A program made the translations under genes and the position numbers. A stretch of DNA of 64,000 nucleotides from Haliotis rufescens (Eukaryota), in the NCBI RefSeq assembly GCF_023055435.1, contig NW_025963890.1, forward strand, positions 78,244,001 through 78,308,000, in the 5' to 3' direction. The notes beneath the pieces were generated by a model. That model saw nothing but the letters and a program-made list of their open reading frames with translations, did no database searches and was not told the DNA's origin. Each line of letters starts with the position of its first letter. Position 1 is the first letter of the stretch. Positions 53,901 to 64,000 of this stretch are shown here, in pieces.

Positions 53901-56900
53901 CAAATCTCAGTTGTAATGTTAACAATGTTAAGAAATACATGAGTGTAATTATGTATTGTGAAATATATCTTTAGCATGGGAAAAAAAGGCAACAACGATG
54001 ACTGCAGTGAACGCGTTTCTGCTCGCTTCCGGACAGGCTGCGCAGTACAAGCCGTAGCACTGATGGTTTCGCGCAAAGGCTAGAGGGCCGTCCCTCTATT
54101 ATATGGTCTCTGCCGTAAGAGGCGACTAACAGGATCAAGTGGTCAGGCTCGCTAACTTGGTTGATGCATGTCATCAATGCCAATTGCCTGGATCAATGCT
54201 CATGACATCAATCACTGGATTGTCTGGTCCAGACTCGATTTTTTTACAGACCGCCACCATAAAGCTGGAATATTACTGACCAACAAACCAACCAACAACA
54301 ACGCGCATTAACCAATATAGACTCCAGAACCGTACATCCTCATCCTTGTGCTTGCAGCCAGGTCTGGTGAATCGGCTGCCCAAGTTCGAGGTGGACCTGC
54401 CGGTTGTCCCCAAACCTGCTAAACTCAGTCTGCTGGAGCGAGATGTCATCGTGGCCAACATGTGAGCATAGATACACTTCCTGTTAGTTAGCTGTCAACG
54501 TGACCAACATGTGGACATAGATACTCTTCCTGTTAGTTAGCTGTCAACGTGACCAACATGTGGACATAGATACACTTCCTGTTAGTTAGCTGTCAACGTG
54601 ACCAACATGTGGACATAGATACACTTCCTGTTAGTTAGCTGTCAACGTGACCAACATGTGCACATAGATACACTTCCTGTTAGTTAGCTGTCAACATGTG
54701 GACATAGATACACTTCCTGTTAGTTAGCTGTCAACGTGACCAACATGAGCACATAGATACACTTCCTGTTAGTTAGCTGTCAACATGTGGACATAGATAC
54801 ACTTCCTGTTAGTTAGCTGTCAACGTGACCAACATGTGCACATAGATACACTTCCTGTTAGTTAGCTGTCAACATGTGGACATAGATACACTTCCTGTTA
54901 GTTAGCTGTCAACGTGACCAACATGTGGACATAGATACACTTCCTGTTAGTTAGCTGTCAACGTGACCAACATGTGGACATAGATACACTTCCTGTTAGT
55001 TAGCTGTCAACGTGACCAACATGTGGACATAGATACACTTCCTGTTAGTTAGCTGTCAACGTGACCAACATGTGGACATAGATACACCTCCTGTTAGTAA
55101 GCTGTCAACGTTACCAACATGTGGACATAGATACACTTCCTGTTAGTTAGCTGTCATCGTGACCAACATGTGAGCATAGATACACTTCCTGTTAGTTAGC
55201 TGTCAACGTGACCAGCATGTGCACATAGATACACTTCCTGTTAGTTAGCTGTCAACATGTGGACATAGATACACTTCCTGTTAGTTAGCTGTCAACGTGA
55301 CCAACATGTGCACATAGATACACTTCCTGTTAGTTAGCTGTCAACGTGACCAACATGTGGACATAGATACACTTCCTGTTAGTTAGCTGTCAACGTGACC
55401 AACATGTGGACATAGATACACTTCCTGTTAGTTAGCTGTCAACGTGACCAACATGTGACATAGATACACTTCCTGTTAGTTAGCTGTCAACATGTGGACA
55501 TAGATACACTTCCTGTTAGTTAGCTGTCAACGTGACCAACATGAGCACATAGATACACTTCCTGTTAGTTAGCTGTCAACATGTGGACATAGATACACTT
55601 CCTGTTAGTTAGCTGTCAATGTGACCAACATGTGCACATAGATACACTTCCTGTTAGTTAGCTGTCAACGTGAGCAACATGTGAGCATAGATACACTTCC
55701 TGTTAGTTAGCTGTCAACGTGACCAACATGTGGACATAGATACACTTCCTGTTAGTTAGCTGTCAACGTGACCAACATGTGGACATAGATACACTTCCTG
55801 TTAGTTAGCTGTCAACGTGACCAACATGTGGACATAGATACACTTCCTGTTAGTTAGCTGTCAACGTGACCAACATGTGGACATAGATACACTTCCTGTT
55901 AGTTAGCTGTCAACATGTGGACATAGATACACTTCCTGTTAGTTAGCTGTCAACATGTGCACATAGATACACTTCCTGTTAGTTAGCTGTCAACATGTGG
56001 ACATAGATACACTTCCTGTTAGTTAGCTGTCAACGTGACCAACATGTGGACATAGATACACTTCCTGTTAGTTAGCTGTCAACGTGACCAAAATGTGGAC
56101 ATAGATACACTTCCTGTTAGTTAGCTGTCAACGTGACCAACATGTGGACATAGATACACTTCCTGTTAGTTAGCTGTCAACGTGACCAACATGTGGACAT
56201 AGATACACTTCCTGTTAGTTAGCTGTCAACATGTGGACATAGATACACTTCCTGTTAGTTAGCTGTCAACATGTGCACATAGATACACTTCCTGTTAGTT
56301 AGCTGTCAACATGTGGACATAGATACACTTCCTGTTAGTTAGCTGTCAACGTGACCAACATGTGGACATAGATACACTTCCTGTTAGTTAGCTGTCAACG
56401 TGACCAAAATGTGGACATAGATACACTTCCTGTTAGTTAGCTGTCAACGTGACCAACATGTGGACATAGATACACTTCCTGTTAGTTAGCTGTCAACGTG
56501 ACCAACATGTGGACATAGATACACTTCCTGTTAGTTAGCTGTCAACGTGACCAACATGTGGACATAGATACACTTCCTGTTAGTTAGCTGTCAACGTGAC
56601 CAACATGTGGACATAGATACACTTCCTGTTAGTTAGCTGTCAACATGTGGACATAGATACACTTCCTGTTAGTTAGCTGTCAACGTGACCAACATGTGAC
56701 ATAGATACACTTCCTGTTAGTTAGCTGTCAACATGTGGACATAGATACACTTCCTGTTAGTTAGCTGTCAACGTGACCAACATGTGAGCATAGATACACT
56801 TCCTGTTAGTTAGCTGTCAACATGTGGACATAGATACACTTCCTGTTAGGAAGCTGTCATCGTGGCCAACTTGTGACATAGATACACTTCCTGTTAGTTA

Positions 56901-59900
56901 GCTGTCAACGTGACCAACATGTGGACTTAGATACACTTCCTGTTAGTTAGTCGTCAACGTGACCAACATGTGGACATAGATACACTTCCTGTTAGTTAGC
57001 TGTCAACGTGACCAACATGAGTACATAGATACACTTCCTGTTAGTTAGCTGTCAACGTGACCAACATGTGGACATAGATACACTTCCTGTTAGTTAGCTG
57101 TCAACGTGACCAACATGTGGACATAGATACACTTCCTGTTAGTTAGCTGTCAACGTGACCAACATGTGGACATAGATACACCTCCTGTTAGTAAGCTGTC
57201 AACGTGACCAACATGTGGACATAGATACACTTCCTGTTAGTTAGCTGTCATCGTGACCAACATGTGAGCATAGATACACTTCCTGTTAGTTAGCTGTCAA
57301 CATGTGGACATAGATACACTTCCTGTTAGTTAGCTGTCAACTTAACCAACATGTGAGCATAGATACACTTCCTGTTATTTAGCTGTCAACTAGACCAACA
57401 TGTGGACATAGATACACTTCCTGTTAGTTAGCTGTCAACGTGACCAACATGTGGACATAGATACACTTCCTGTTAGTTAGCTGTCAACATGTGGACATAG
57501 ATACACTTCCTGTTAGTTAGCTGTCAACTTAACCAACATGTGAGCATAGATACACTTCCTGTTATTTAGCTGTCAACTAGACCAACATGTGGACATAGAT
57601 ACACTTCCTGTTAGTTAGCTGTCAACGTGACCAACATGTGGACATAGATACACTTCCTGTTAGTTAGCTGTCAACGTAACCAACATGTGAGCATAGATAC
57701 ACTTCCTGTTAGTTAGCTGTCAATATAGCCAACATGAGCATAGATGACTTGTTAGTTAGCCATCATATGATTCACTAAGCACAAAGTATTTTTCATGAAA
57801 TGTGAGTAAACAATCCAGCAAATATTAAATATTTTTTATGGAACCCACAATAAATGTATGAACCTGTGACTGCTTCAGCTACGACTACCTGTACATCGTC
57901 GTGCTGCGCCACCAGCCGAAGGCCGCCGTGGGGGCCGAGATCGTGCTGTATCAGCTACAGAAGTAAGTAGGCTGCACAAACACACTACACCATGTCCACT
58001 TGTGGGGAGTGGGACAGTGTCTCCCCTAACACACTACACCATGTCCACTTGTGGGGAGTGGGTCAGTGTCTCCCCTAACACACTACACCATGTCCACTTG
58101 TGGGGAGTGGGTCAGTGTCTCCCCAAACACACTATATCATGGCCACTTGTGGGGGTGGGTCAGTGTCTCCCCAAACACACTACACCATGTCCACTTGTGG
58201 GGAGTGGGTCAGTGTCTCCCCTAACACACTACACCATGTCCACTTGTGGGGAGTGGGTCAGTGTCTCCCCTAACACACTACACCATGTCCACTTGTGGGG
58301 AGTGGGTCAGTGTCTCCCCTAACACACTACACCATGTCCACTTGTGGGGAGTGGGACAGTGTCTCCCCTAACACACTACACCATGTCCACTTGTGGGGAG
58401 TGGGACAGTGTCTCCCCTAACACACTACATCATGGCCACTTGTGGGGAGTGGGTCAGTGTCTCCCCTAACACACTACATCATGGCCACTTGTGGGGAGTG
58501 GGTCAGTGTCTCCCCTAACACACTACACCATGGCCACTTGTGGGGAGTGGGTCAGTGTCTCCCCTAACACACTACATCATGGCCACTTGTGGGGAGTGGG
58601 TCAGTGTCTCCCCTAACACACTACACCATGTCCACTTGTGGGGAGTGGGACAGTGTCTCCCCTAACACACTACACCATGTCCACTTGTGGGGAGTGGGTC
58701 AGTGTCTCCCCTAACACACTCAACCATGTCCACTTGTGGGGAGTGGGTCAGTGTCTCCACAAACACACTACACCATGTCCACTTGTGGGGAGTGGGTCAG
58801 TGTCTCCCCAAACACACTATATCATGTCCACTTGTGGGAGTGGGTCAGTGTCTCCCCTAACACACTACATCATGGCCACTTGTGGGGAGTGGGTCAGTGT
58901 CTCCCCTAACACACTACACCATATCCACTTGTGGGGGTGGGTCAGTGTCTCCCCAAACACACTATATCATGTCCACTTGTGGGAGTGGGTCAGTGTCTCC
59001 CCTAACACACTACATCATGGCCACTTGTGGGGAGTGGGTCAGTGTCTCCCCTAACACACTACACCATGTCCACTTGTGGGGGTGGGTCAGTGTCTCCCCA
59101 AACACACTATATCATGTCCACTTGTGGGGAGTGGGTCAGTGTCTCCACAAACACACTACACCATGTCCACTTGTGGGAGTGGGTCAGTGTCTCCCCAAAC
59201 ACACTACATCATGTCCACTTGTGGGGGTGGGTCAGTGTCTCCCCAAACACACTATATCATGTCCACTTGTGGGGAGTGGGTCAGTGTCTCCCCTAACACA
59301 CTACACCATGTCCACTTGTGGGGGTGGGTCAGTGTCTCCCCAAACACACTATATCATGTCCACTTGTGGGGAGTGGGTCAGTGTCTCCCCTAACACACTA
59401 CACCATGTCCACTTGTGGGGAGTGGGTCAGTGTCTCCCCTAACACACTACATCATGTCCACTTGTGGGGGTGGGTCAGTGTCTCCCCTAACACACTACAC
59501 CATGTCCACTTGTGGGAGTGGGTCAGTGTTTCCCCTAACACACTATATCATGTCCACTTGTGGGAGTGGGTCAGTGTCTCCCCTAACACACTACATCGTG
59601 TCCACTTGTTGGGATGGGGTCAGTTTCAGTCAGAAGCGTCCCTTGTTATGAGTGCTGTTTAGTGCTCATTGTGTGGCATCAGTCCTCCCTGGTGTCCATC
59701 ATTAAACTGGACTGCCCAAAATTGATAACAGGCTGCCAAGACAGTTGAATATTGATGAGGTGAAACATCTATCTTTCATTTCATCATTAGCATTGTTCTG
59801 TCAGAAAGATTTATTGAGAGTTTGAAACAAATTGATGCTTTAATTCTCATTAGTTATCATGTCCAGACAACATGCAACATGAATCGGTGTTCTGGAGCCA

Positions 59901-62900
59901 GGAGAACTGTGTACATGGTGTCATGTTGATTTCCCAGGGAGAGTCCAGCAAAGAGAACCGAAGTGCTCCAGTTGAACATGAGTGGCCGTTTCGCCATCAA
60001 CATCGTCGACAACCTCATCATGGTGCACCACCAGGCTTCCAAGGTGAACACAACTATGTCACAGATAGACACAACTATGTCACAGATAGACACAACTATG
60101 TCACAGATAGACACAACTATGTCACAGATAGACACAACTATGTCACAGAGTCGTGGTGTATTATTGTGAGTGGAGGTGAATGACGTGACAGAGTCGTGGT
60201 GTATTATTGTGAGTGGAGGTGAATGACGTGACAGAGTCGTGGTGTATTATTGTGAGTGGAGGTGAATGACGTGACAGAGTCGTGGTGTATTATTGTGAGT
60301 GGAGGTGAATGATGTGACAGAGTCGTGGTGTATTATTGTGAGTGGAGGTGAATGACGTGACAGAGTCGTGGTGTATTATTGTGAGTGGAGGTGAATGATG
60401 TGACAGAGTCGTGGTGTATTATTGTGAGTGGAGGTGAAAGATGTGACAGAGTCGTGGTGTATTATTGTGAGTGGAGGTGAATGACGTGACAGAGTCGTGG
60501 TGTATTATTGTGAGTGGAGGTGAAAGATGTGACAGAGTCGTGGTGTATTATTGTGAGTGGAGGTGAATGACGTGACAGAGTCGTGGTGTATTATTGTGAG
60601 TGGAGGTGAATGATGTGACAGAGTCGTGGTGTATTATTGTGAGTGGAGGTGAATGATGTGACAGAGTCGTGGTGTATTATTGTGAGTGGAGGTGAATGAC
60701 GTGACAGAGTCGTGGTGTATTATTGTGAGTGGAGGTGAATGACGTGACAGAGTCGTGGTGTATTATTGTGAGTGGAGGTGAATGACGTGACAGAGTCGTG
60801 GTGTATTATTGTGAGTGGAGGTGAATGACGTGACAGAGTCGTGGTGTATTAGTGTGAGTGGGGGTGAATGACGTGACGGAGTCGTGGTGTATTAGTGTGA
60901 GTGGGGGTGAATGACGTGACAGAGTCGTGGTGTATTATTGTGAGTGGAGGTGAATGACGTGACAGAGTCGTGGTGTATTATTGTGAGTGGAGGTGAATGA
61001 CGTGACAGAGTCGTGGTGTATTATTGTGAGTGGAGGTGAATGACGTGACAGAGTCGTGGTGTATTATTGTGAGTGGAGGTGAATGACGTGACAGAGTCGT
61101 GGTGTATTATTGTGAGTGGAGGTGAATGATGTGACAGAGTCGTGGTGTATTATTGTGAGTGGAGGTGAATGATGTGACAGAGTCGTGGTGTATTATTGTG
61201 AGTGGAGGTGAATGATGTGACAGAGTCGTGGTGTATTATTGTGAGTGGAGGTGAATGACGTGACAGAGTCGTGGTGTATTATTGTGAGTGGAGGTGAATG
61301 ATGTGACAGAGTCCTGGTGTATTATTGTGAGTGGAGGTGAATGACGTGACAGAGTCGTGGTGTATTATTGTGAGTGGAGGTGAATGATGTGACAGAGTCG
61401 TGGTGTATTATTGTGAGTGGAGGTGAATGACGTGACAGAGTCGTGGTGTATTGTTGTGAGTGGAGGTGAATGATGTGACAGAGTCATGGTGTATTAGTGT
61501 GAGTGGGGGTGAATGACGTGACAGAGTCGTGGTGTATTATTGTGAGTGGGGGTGAATGACGTGACAGAGTCGTGGTGTAGATTCTGTGTATGCTGTTCTC
61601 CTGTTGTTCCAGACGTCGATGATATTTGACATCAAGATGGAGGGAGACTCGGACGGCTTCGTCAAGTACCACTTCCCAGTGTTGTCTCCCCTGCCTATCA
61701 AGCCATTCAAACTCCTCCTGCCCTGTGAGTCAGAGGAACCCAACACTCATCTCAAAGTTGTAGCATTGGTTTTATCTCATCATGTCAAAGCTGCAGATCA
61801 CATATTCCAGTGTCATAGTCTTTAATATCAGAGACACTTGATATTATTTGTTTATTTCTCAAAGTGTTTTATCTGCACATGACATTGCCAGCAAGCTGGT
61901 ACTGATCCATGTCTTGCTGTTATCATGAGAAGTCCATTATTAAGTCTTATTAAGGGGCCAGTATGTCGACCGTTCTGAATGATTGTTTGCAAACAATAGC
62001 CAATAACCACCACTTGGCTCTACTGGGCTCGTTCCACAAGAGAAGTTTCTGCTACAGTGACCATACCATGGGTGTAGGCTTTTCTATTTTTTGTAAATAT
62101 ATTTTCACTTATTCTGAAATAAGATGAGACAGGCCCAATGCAAGCCTTTCTTTGCACTTTACGTATTGTTTTGCATAATTGTATATCTATACTATTGCAA
62201 CTGCAACAGTGAGATGCAGTATAGCTTTACACATTCAAGTGACCATATAGCTATTTCTGCATAGGGCTTCGATTTCAGCATGTGGAGATGTACAATTAAT
62301 GTAAACAAACGATAAATATGCAAATGGAATAGTTCTTCGCATTTTAGGATATTTTCTCAACAAAATGCTTTTCATGACATATGTTTATCTAAATGTTTAG
62401 ATGGAAAACATATGAAATATCTTGAATGGACTGTGTAAGATGTGACAATGTGGCAAAGCTACTAGGCTGGAAACTAGGTACTACACATGGAAATTATTTC
62501 ATGCATGATTTATAAACACCCAGAACTTGTGACATACTGGCCCTCAAGTAGTGGTAGGATCTTGAAATGGGGTATTTCGCAGGACATCGACCTGTTGACC
62601 AAAATTATTCGCATCAAGTCCTAGTGCACTATCCTTTGATGCTGTTGTTGTTTTAACAGGTTAAATGTGGGGCCATTTAGTGCGAGATCTTAATGGGTAC
62701 GTTACTCTAATAATTAGGGTCAGATTGGTAAGTACTGTCGGAGGAAGGGAGATAGATTTCACTTGTGCGGTTGGAGAGGCAGAAATCAACATCAGTCACT
62801 ATGCCGACAGTGCTTCCTACCTGCTTCAATTCTGAATGTCCAAATGAATACATCTAAGCAATTAGACTGTGTACCTCTATATAGATTTTGTAATGAAAAA

Positions 62901-63367
62901 TAATCAAAATAAACTGTGATATACATCTATGTATACGCTCATGTAGGCTATGTAATAACATGTAATTCGGTGAACCCTAAATTATTTCCTCTTTGCTTTG
63001 GAGACGACCCCCCCACCCCGCCTTTAATCCAGATTAAGTAAGACATACATGACTGATTTCGAGAAAAATTGGCATGACGTCCCAGTGTGGGATTTGTGAA
63101 AAATCTGTTGGTCACCATCCTGAAAATGAACCCTTCAAATAATTTGAACTTTTTGTTTTAAATCAGAATTTGTTTTCCTGGGTTAAGTTAAAATTGGAAT
63201 AGATTCCTACACTTTAACTCTGAGATAGCATGGGAGACCTGTCATGTTAGGAAAACAAGCAGAACAGGTTGGTTGGAGGTAGTTTGTGTACATGAACTGT
63301 GTCTGTTCTGCAGCCCTGAATCTGACGGCAGCAGGCACGGAGAAGACGGAGTACCTGTGTGAACTCT
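43327..63367 (+). CDS. RMC1: Regulator of MON1-CCZ1 complex (C18orf8/Mic1), exons 1-12 (~341 codons); gene continues beyond the window
   Basis: Spliced translation MATSDDGEFYIELCKTPIRFEPINKANNIFFDDANKQVFAVRSGGAMGVTVKGPD...IKFSPDKKILAIQRS...LPKFEVDLP...GRFAINIVDNLIMVHHQ...SMIFDIK matches my recollection of human RMC1 N-terminus (FFDEANKQVFAVRSGGATGVVVKGPD...GKFALNVVDNLVVVHHQ); all phases consistent. Confidence 0.95.
43563..43639 (+). CDS. RMC1: RMC1 exon 2
   Basis: VFAVRSGGAMGVTVKGPDEKSAVSF, cag/gtgggt. Confidence 0.92.
43615..44536 (+). repeat. 47-bp tandem array spanning RMC1 exon 2 donor (~16 units), interrupted by a SINE
   Basis: Unit TCATTCAG|GTGGGTAGTGAGACATCATCAGGTGAGACATCGTCTGTG. Confidence 0.92.
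43790..43955 (+). mobile_element. Full-length tRNA-derived SINE (family 1) inserted in the 47-bp array
   Basis: GGGGCGGTCGGGTAGCCTAGTGGTTAAAGCG...GGGTTCGATTCCC...GCGGCGTAAAACCATACTCAGTCAGTC; near-identical to 12289-12454. Confidence 0.9.
44850..44934 (+). CDS. RMC1: RMC1 exon 3
   Basis: IEDRGDVVSIKFSPDKKILAIQRSQKSV, cag/gtgagt. Confidence 0.92.
45252..47227. repeat. Minisatellite, 42-bp unit GACTGTACACCTAGCTCTGGTACTTGACTGTAGATGTCTCCT, ~47 copies, RMC1 intron 3
   Basis: Directly visible; 42 = 14 codons explains the 697-aa pseudo-ORF. Confidence 0.97.
47355..47617 (-). mobile_element. SINE-like retroposon (family 2)
   Basis: Homologous along its length to 13612-13872. Confidence 0.75.
47908..47970 (+). 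CDS. RMC1: RMC1 exon 4
   Basis: EFINFHNDMSTDQMEYSQICK, cag/gttggt; (TTA)n abuts acceptor. Confidence 0.88.
48195..48281 (+). CDS. RMC1: RMC1 exon 5
   Basis: GKSTQIIGFIWTSVNEIAFITDHGIEHYQ, cag/gtaggt. Confidence 0.92.
48261..49727 (+). repeat. 34(33)-bp tandem array spanning RMC1 exon 5 donor, ~43 units
   Basis: Unit CATGGCATAGAACACTACCAG|GTAGGTACTGGTA; first 21 nt = end of exon 5. Confidence 0.97.
49807..49878 (+). CDS. RMC1: RMC1 exon 6
   Basis: ITPERRSLRNLKTVSLQVNWFVWL, tag/gtgagt. Confidence 0.9.
50087..50155 (+). CDS. RMC1: RMC1 exon 7
   Basis: AETYILVLSSGTLGNTLHPFQFR, cag/gtcagt. Confidence 0.9.
50186..50278. repeat. Imperfect (TG)n microsatellite
   Basis: Directly visible. Confidence 0.9.
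50671..54112. mobile_element. 3.44-kb non-autonomous TIR DNA transposon (P-element-like) inserted in a family-2 SINE in RMC1 intron 7
   Basis: 30-bp TIRs CAGAGACCATATAACAGAGGGACGGCCCTC / GAGGGCCGTCCCTCTATTATATGGTCTCTG; 7-bp TSD CCGTAAG (50664-50670, 54113-54119); no transposase ORF recognised. Confidence 0.85.
52185..52344. repeat. ~160-bp near-perfect palindrome (hairpin)
   Basis: TTCGGTTCATTGAGGTATGAATCGAAAAACCAATGTGCAAAC pairs with GTTTGCACATTGGTTTTTCGATTCATACCTCAATGAACCGAA; apex GAATCCGC-GTA-GCGGATTC. Confidence 0.9.
54358..54461 (+). CDS. RMC1: RMC1 exon 8
   Basis: PGLVNRLPKFEVDLPVVPKPAKLSLLERDVIVAN, cag/gtgagc. Confidence 0.92.
54443..57762 (+). repeat. 49/40-bp tandem array spanning RMC1 exon 8 donor, ~70 units
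   Basis: Unit TGTCAACGTGACCAACAT|GTGGACATAGATACACTTCCTGTTAGTTAGC; exon end is TGTCATCGTGGCCAACAT|GTGAGC. Confidence 0.97.
57879..57962 (+). CDS. RMC1: RMC1 exon 9
   Basis: YDYLYIVVLRHQPKAAVGAEIVLYQLQ, cag/gtaagt. Confidence 0.92.
57978..59620. repeat. 49(48)-bp tandem array, ~33 units, starting ~16 nt after RMC1 exon 9 donor
   Basis: Unit AACACACTACACCATGTCCACTTGTGGGGAGTGGGTCAGTGTCTCCCCT. Confidence 0.97.
59938..60043 (+). CDS. RMC1: RMC1 exon 10
   Basis: ESPAKRTEVLQLNMSGRFAINIVDNLIMVHHQASK, cag/gtgaac. Confidence 0.92.
60048..60149. repeat. 21-bp tandem repeat (~5 units) starting 4 nt after exon 10 donor
   Basis: ACACAACTATGTCACAGATAG. Confidence 0.93.
60145..61579. repeat. 43-bp tandem array, ~33 units, filling RMC1 intron 10
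   Basis: Unit GTGACAGAGTCGTGGTGTATTATTGTGAGTGGAGGTGAATGAC. Confidence 0.97.
61613..61724 (+). CDS. RMC1: RMC1 exon 11
   Basis: TSMIFDIKMEGDSDGFVKYHFPVLSPLPIKPFKLLLP, cag/gtgagt. Confidence 0.92.
63314..63367 (+). CDS. RMC1: RMC1 exon 12 (followed by U12-type donor)
   Basis: LNLTAAGTEKTEYLCEL, cag / GTATCCTTG. Confidence 0.8.
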
Positions 63368-63699
63368 GTATCCTTGTCCCACGTCACGGTATACTTTTTG
63401 TCTTACGTCACATATGGTATAGTTCTCAACCCACATCACACATCACTCACAGTTTAGTTCATGTCTCACAAGGTTTAGTTCTTGTCTTTCATCACACACG
63501 GTATAGTTCTTGTCTCACACACGGTTTAGTTCATGTCCACGTCACACATGGTTTAGTTCATGTCCACGTCACACACGGTTTAGTGCTAGACATGATGGGA
63601 ACTGTCAAACAATGCCAAGTGAGGCACTGGATTTTCTCTTCTGGTCTGACAGGATGAAATGGCTGCCTGTCTGTTATCCTGTACCTTATTCAAATACAC

Positions 63700-64000
63700 T
63701 CGAGTCTGTCTTATCCTGTTATAGCATGTTGACAGCTTCTAGCTGATGTGCACATTTGTGGAATTCACAGTCGAGTCTGTCTTATCCTGTTATAGTATGT
63801 TGACAGCTTCAAGTTGATGTGCACATTTGTGGAATTCACAGTCGAGTCTGTCTTATCCTGTTATAGCTTGTTGACAGCTTCTAGTTGATGTGCACATTTG
63901 TGGAATTCACAGTCCAGTCTGTCTTATCCTGTTATAGCATGTGGACAGCTTCAAGTTGATGTGCACATTTGTGGAATTCACAGTCGAGTCTGTCTTATCC
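63700..64000. repeat. 71-bp tandem array, >=4 units, runs off right edge
   Basis: TCGAGTCTGTCTTATCCTGTTATAG recurs at ~63700, 63771, 63842, 63913, 63984. Confidence 0.93.

Noticed and set aside
1-64000. CRISPR-like appearance of 32-49-bp regular repeats
   Set aside because: Units are contiguous with no unique spacers, no cas genes, and context is a spliced eukaryotic genome.

Overview
Eukaryotic (invertebrate, most likely molluscan/gastropod - inference from gene and repeat types) genomic DNA; the long ORFs in the supplied track are almost all artefacts of tandem repeats. Real content: (1) a ~15-18 kb direct segmental duplication (~6.0-21.1 kb and ~23.1-40.8 kb) carrying two minus-strand paralogs of a type-I membrane receptor with EGF/laminin-EGF repeats, an F-type-lectin (F5/8C-like) domain, a TM helix and an ITAM-like tail; copy A has 9 intact exons, copy B is a pseudogene (frameshift, 89-bp deletion, premature TGA); (2) the first 12 coding exons of RMC1 (C18orf8/Mic1) on the + strand from 43327, the 12th intron having a U12-type donor; (3) many transposon relics (Tc1/mariner, Mutator-like, P-like, LINE, DIRS-like, SINEs, MITE); (4) about a dozen long minisatellite arrays. 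The most striking pattern is that many arrays are anchored on gene-structure landmarks: their repeat unit is a copy of an exon end plus its splice donor (RMC1 exons 2, 5, 8), a splice acceptor plus exon start (receptor gene), or the last codons plus the stop codon, generating dozens of decoy splice sites per intron.
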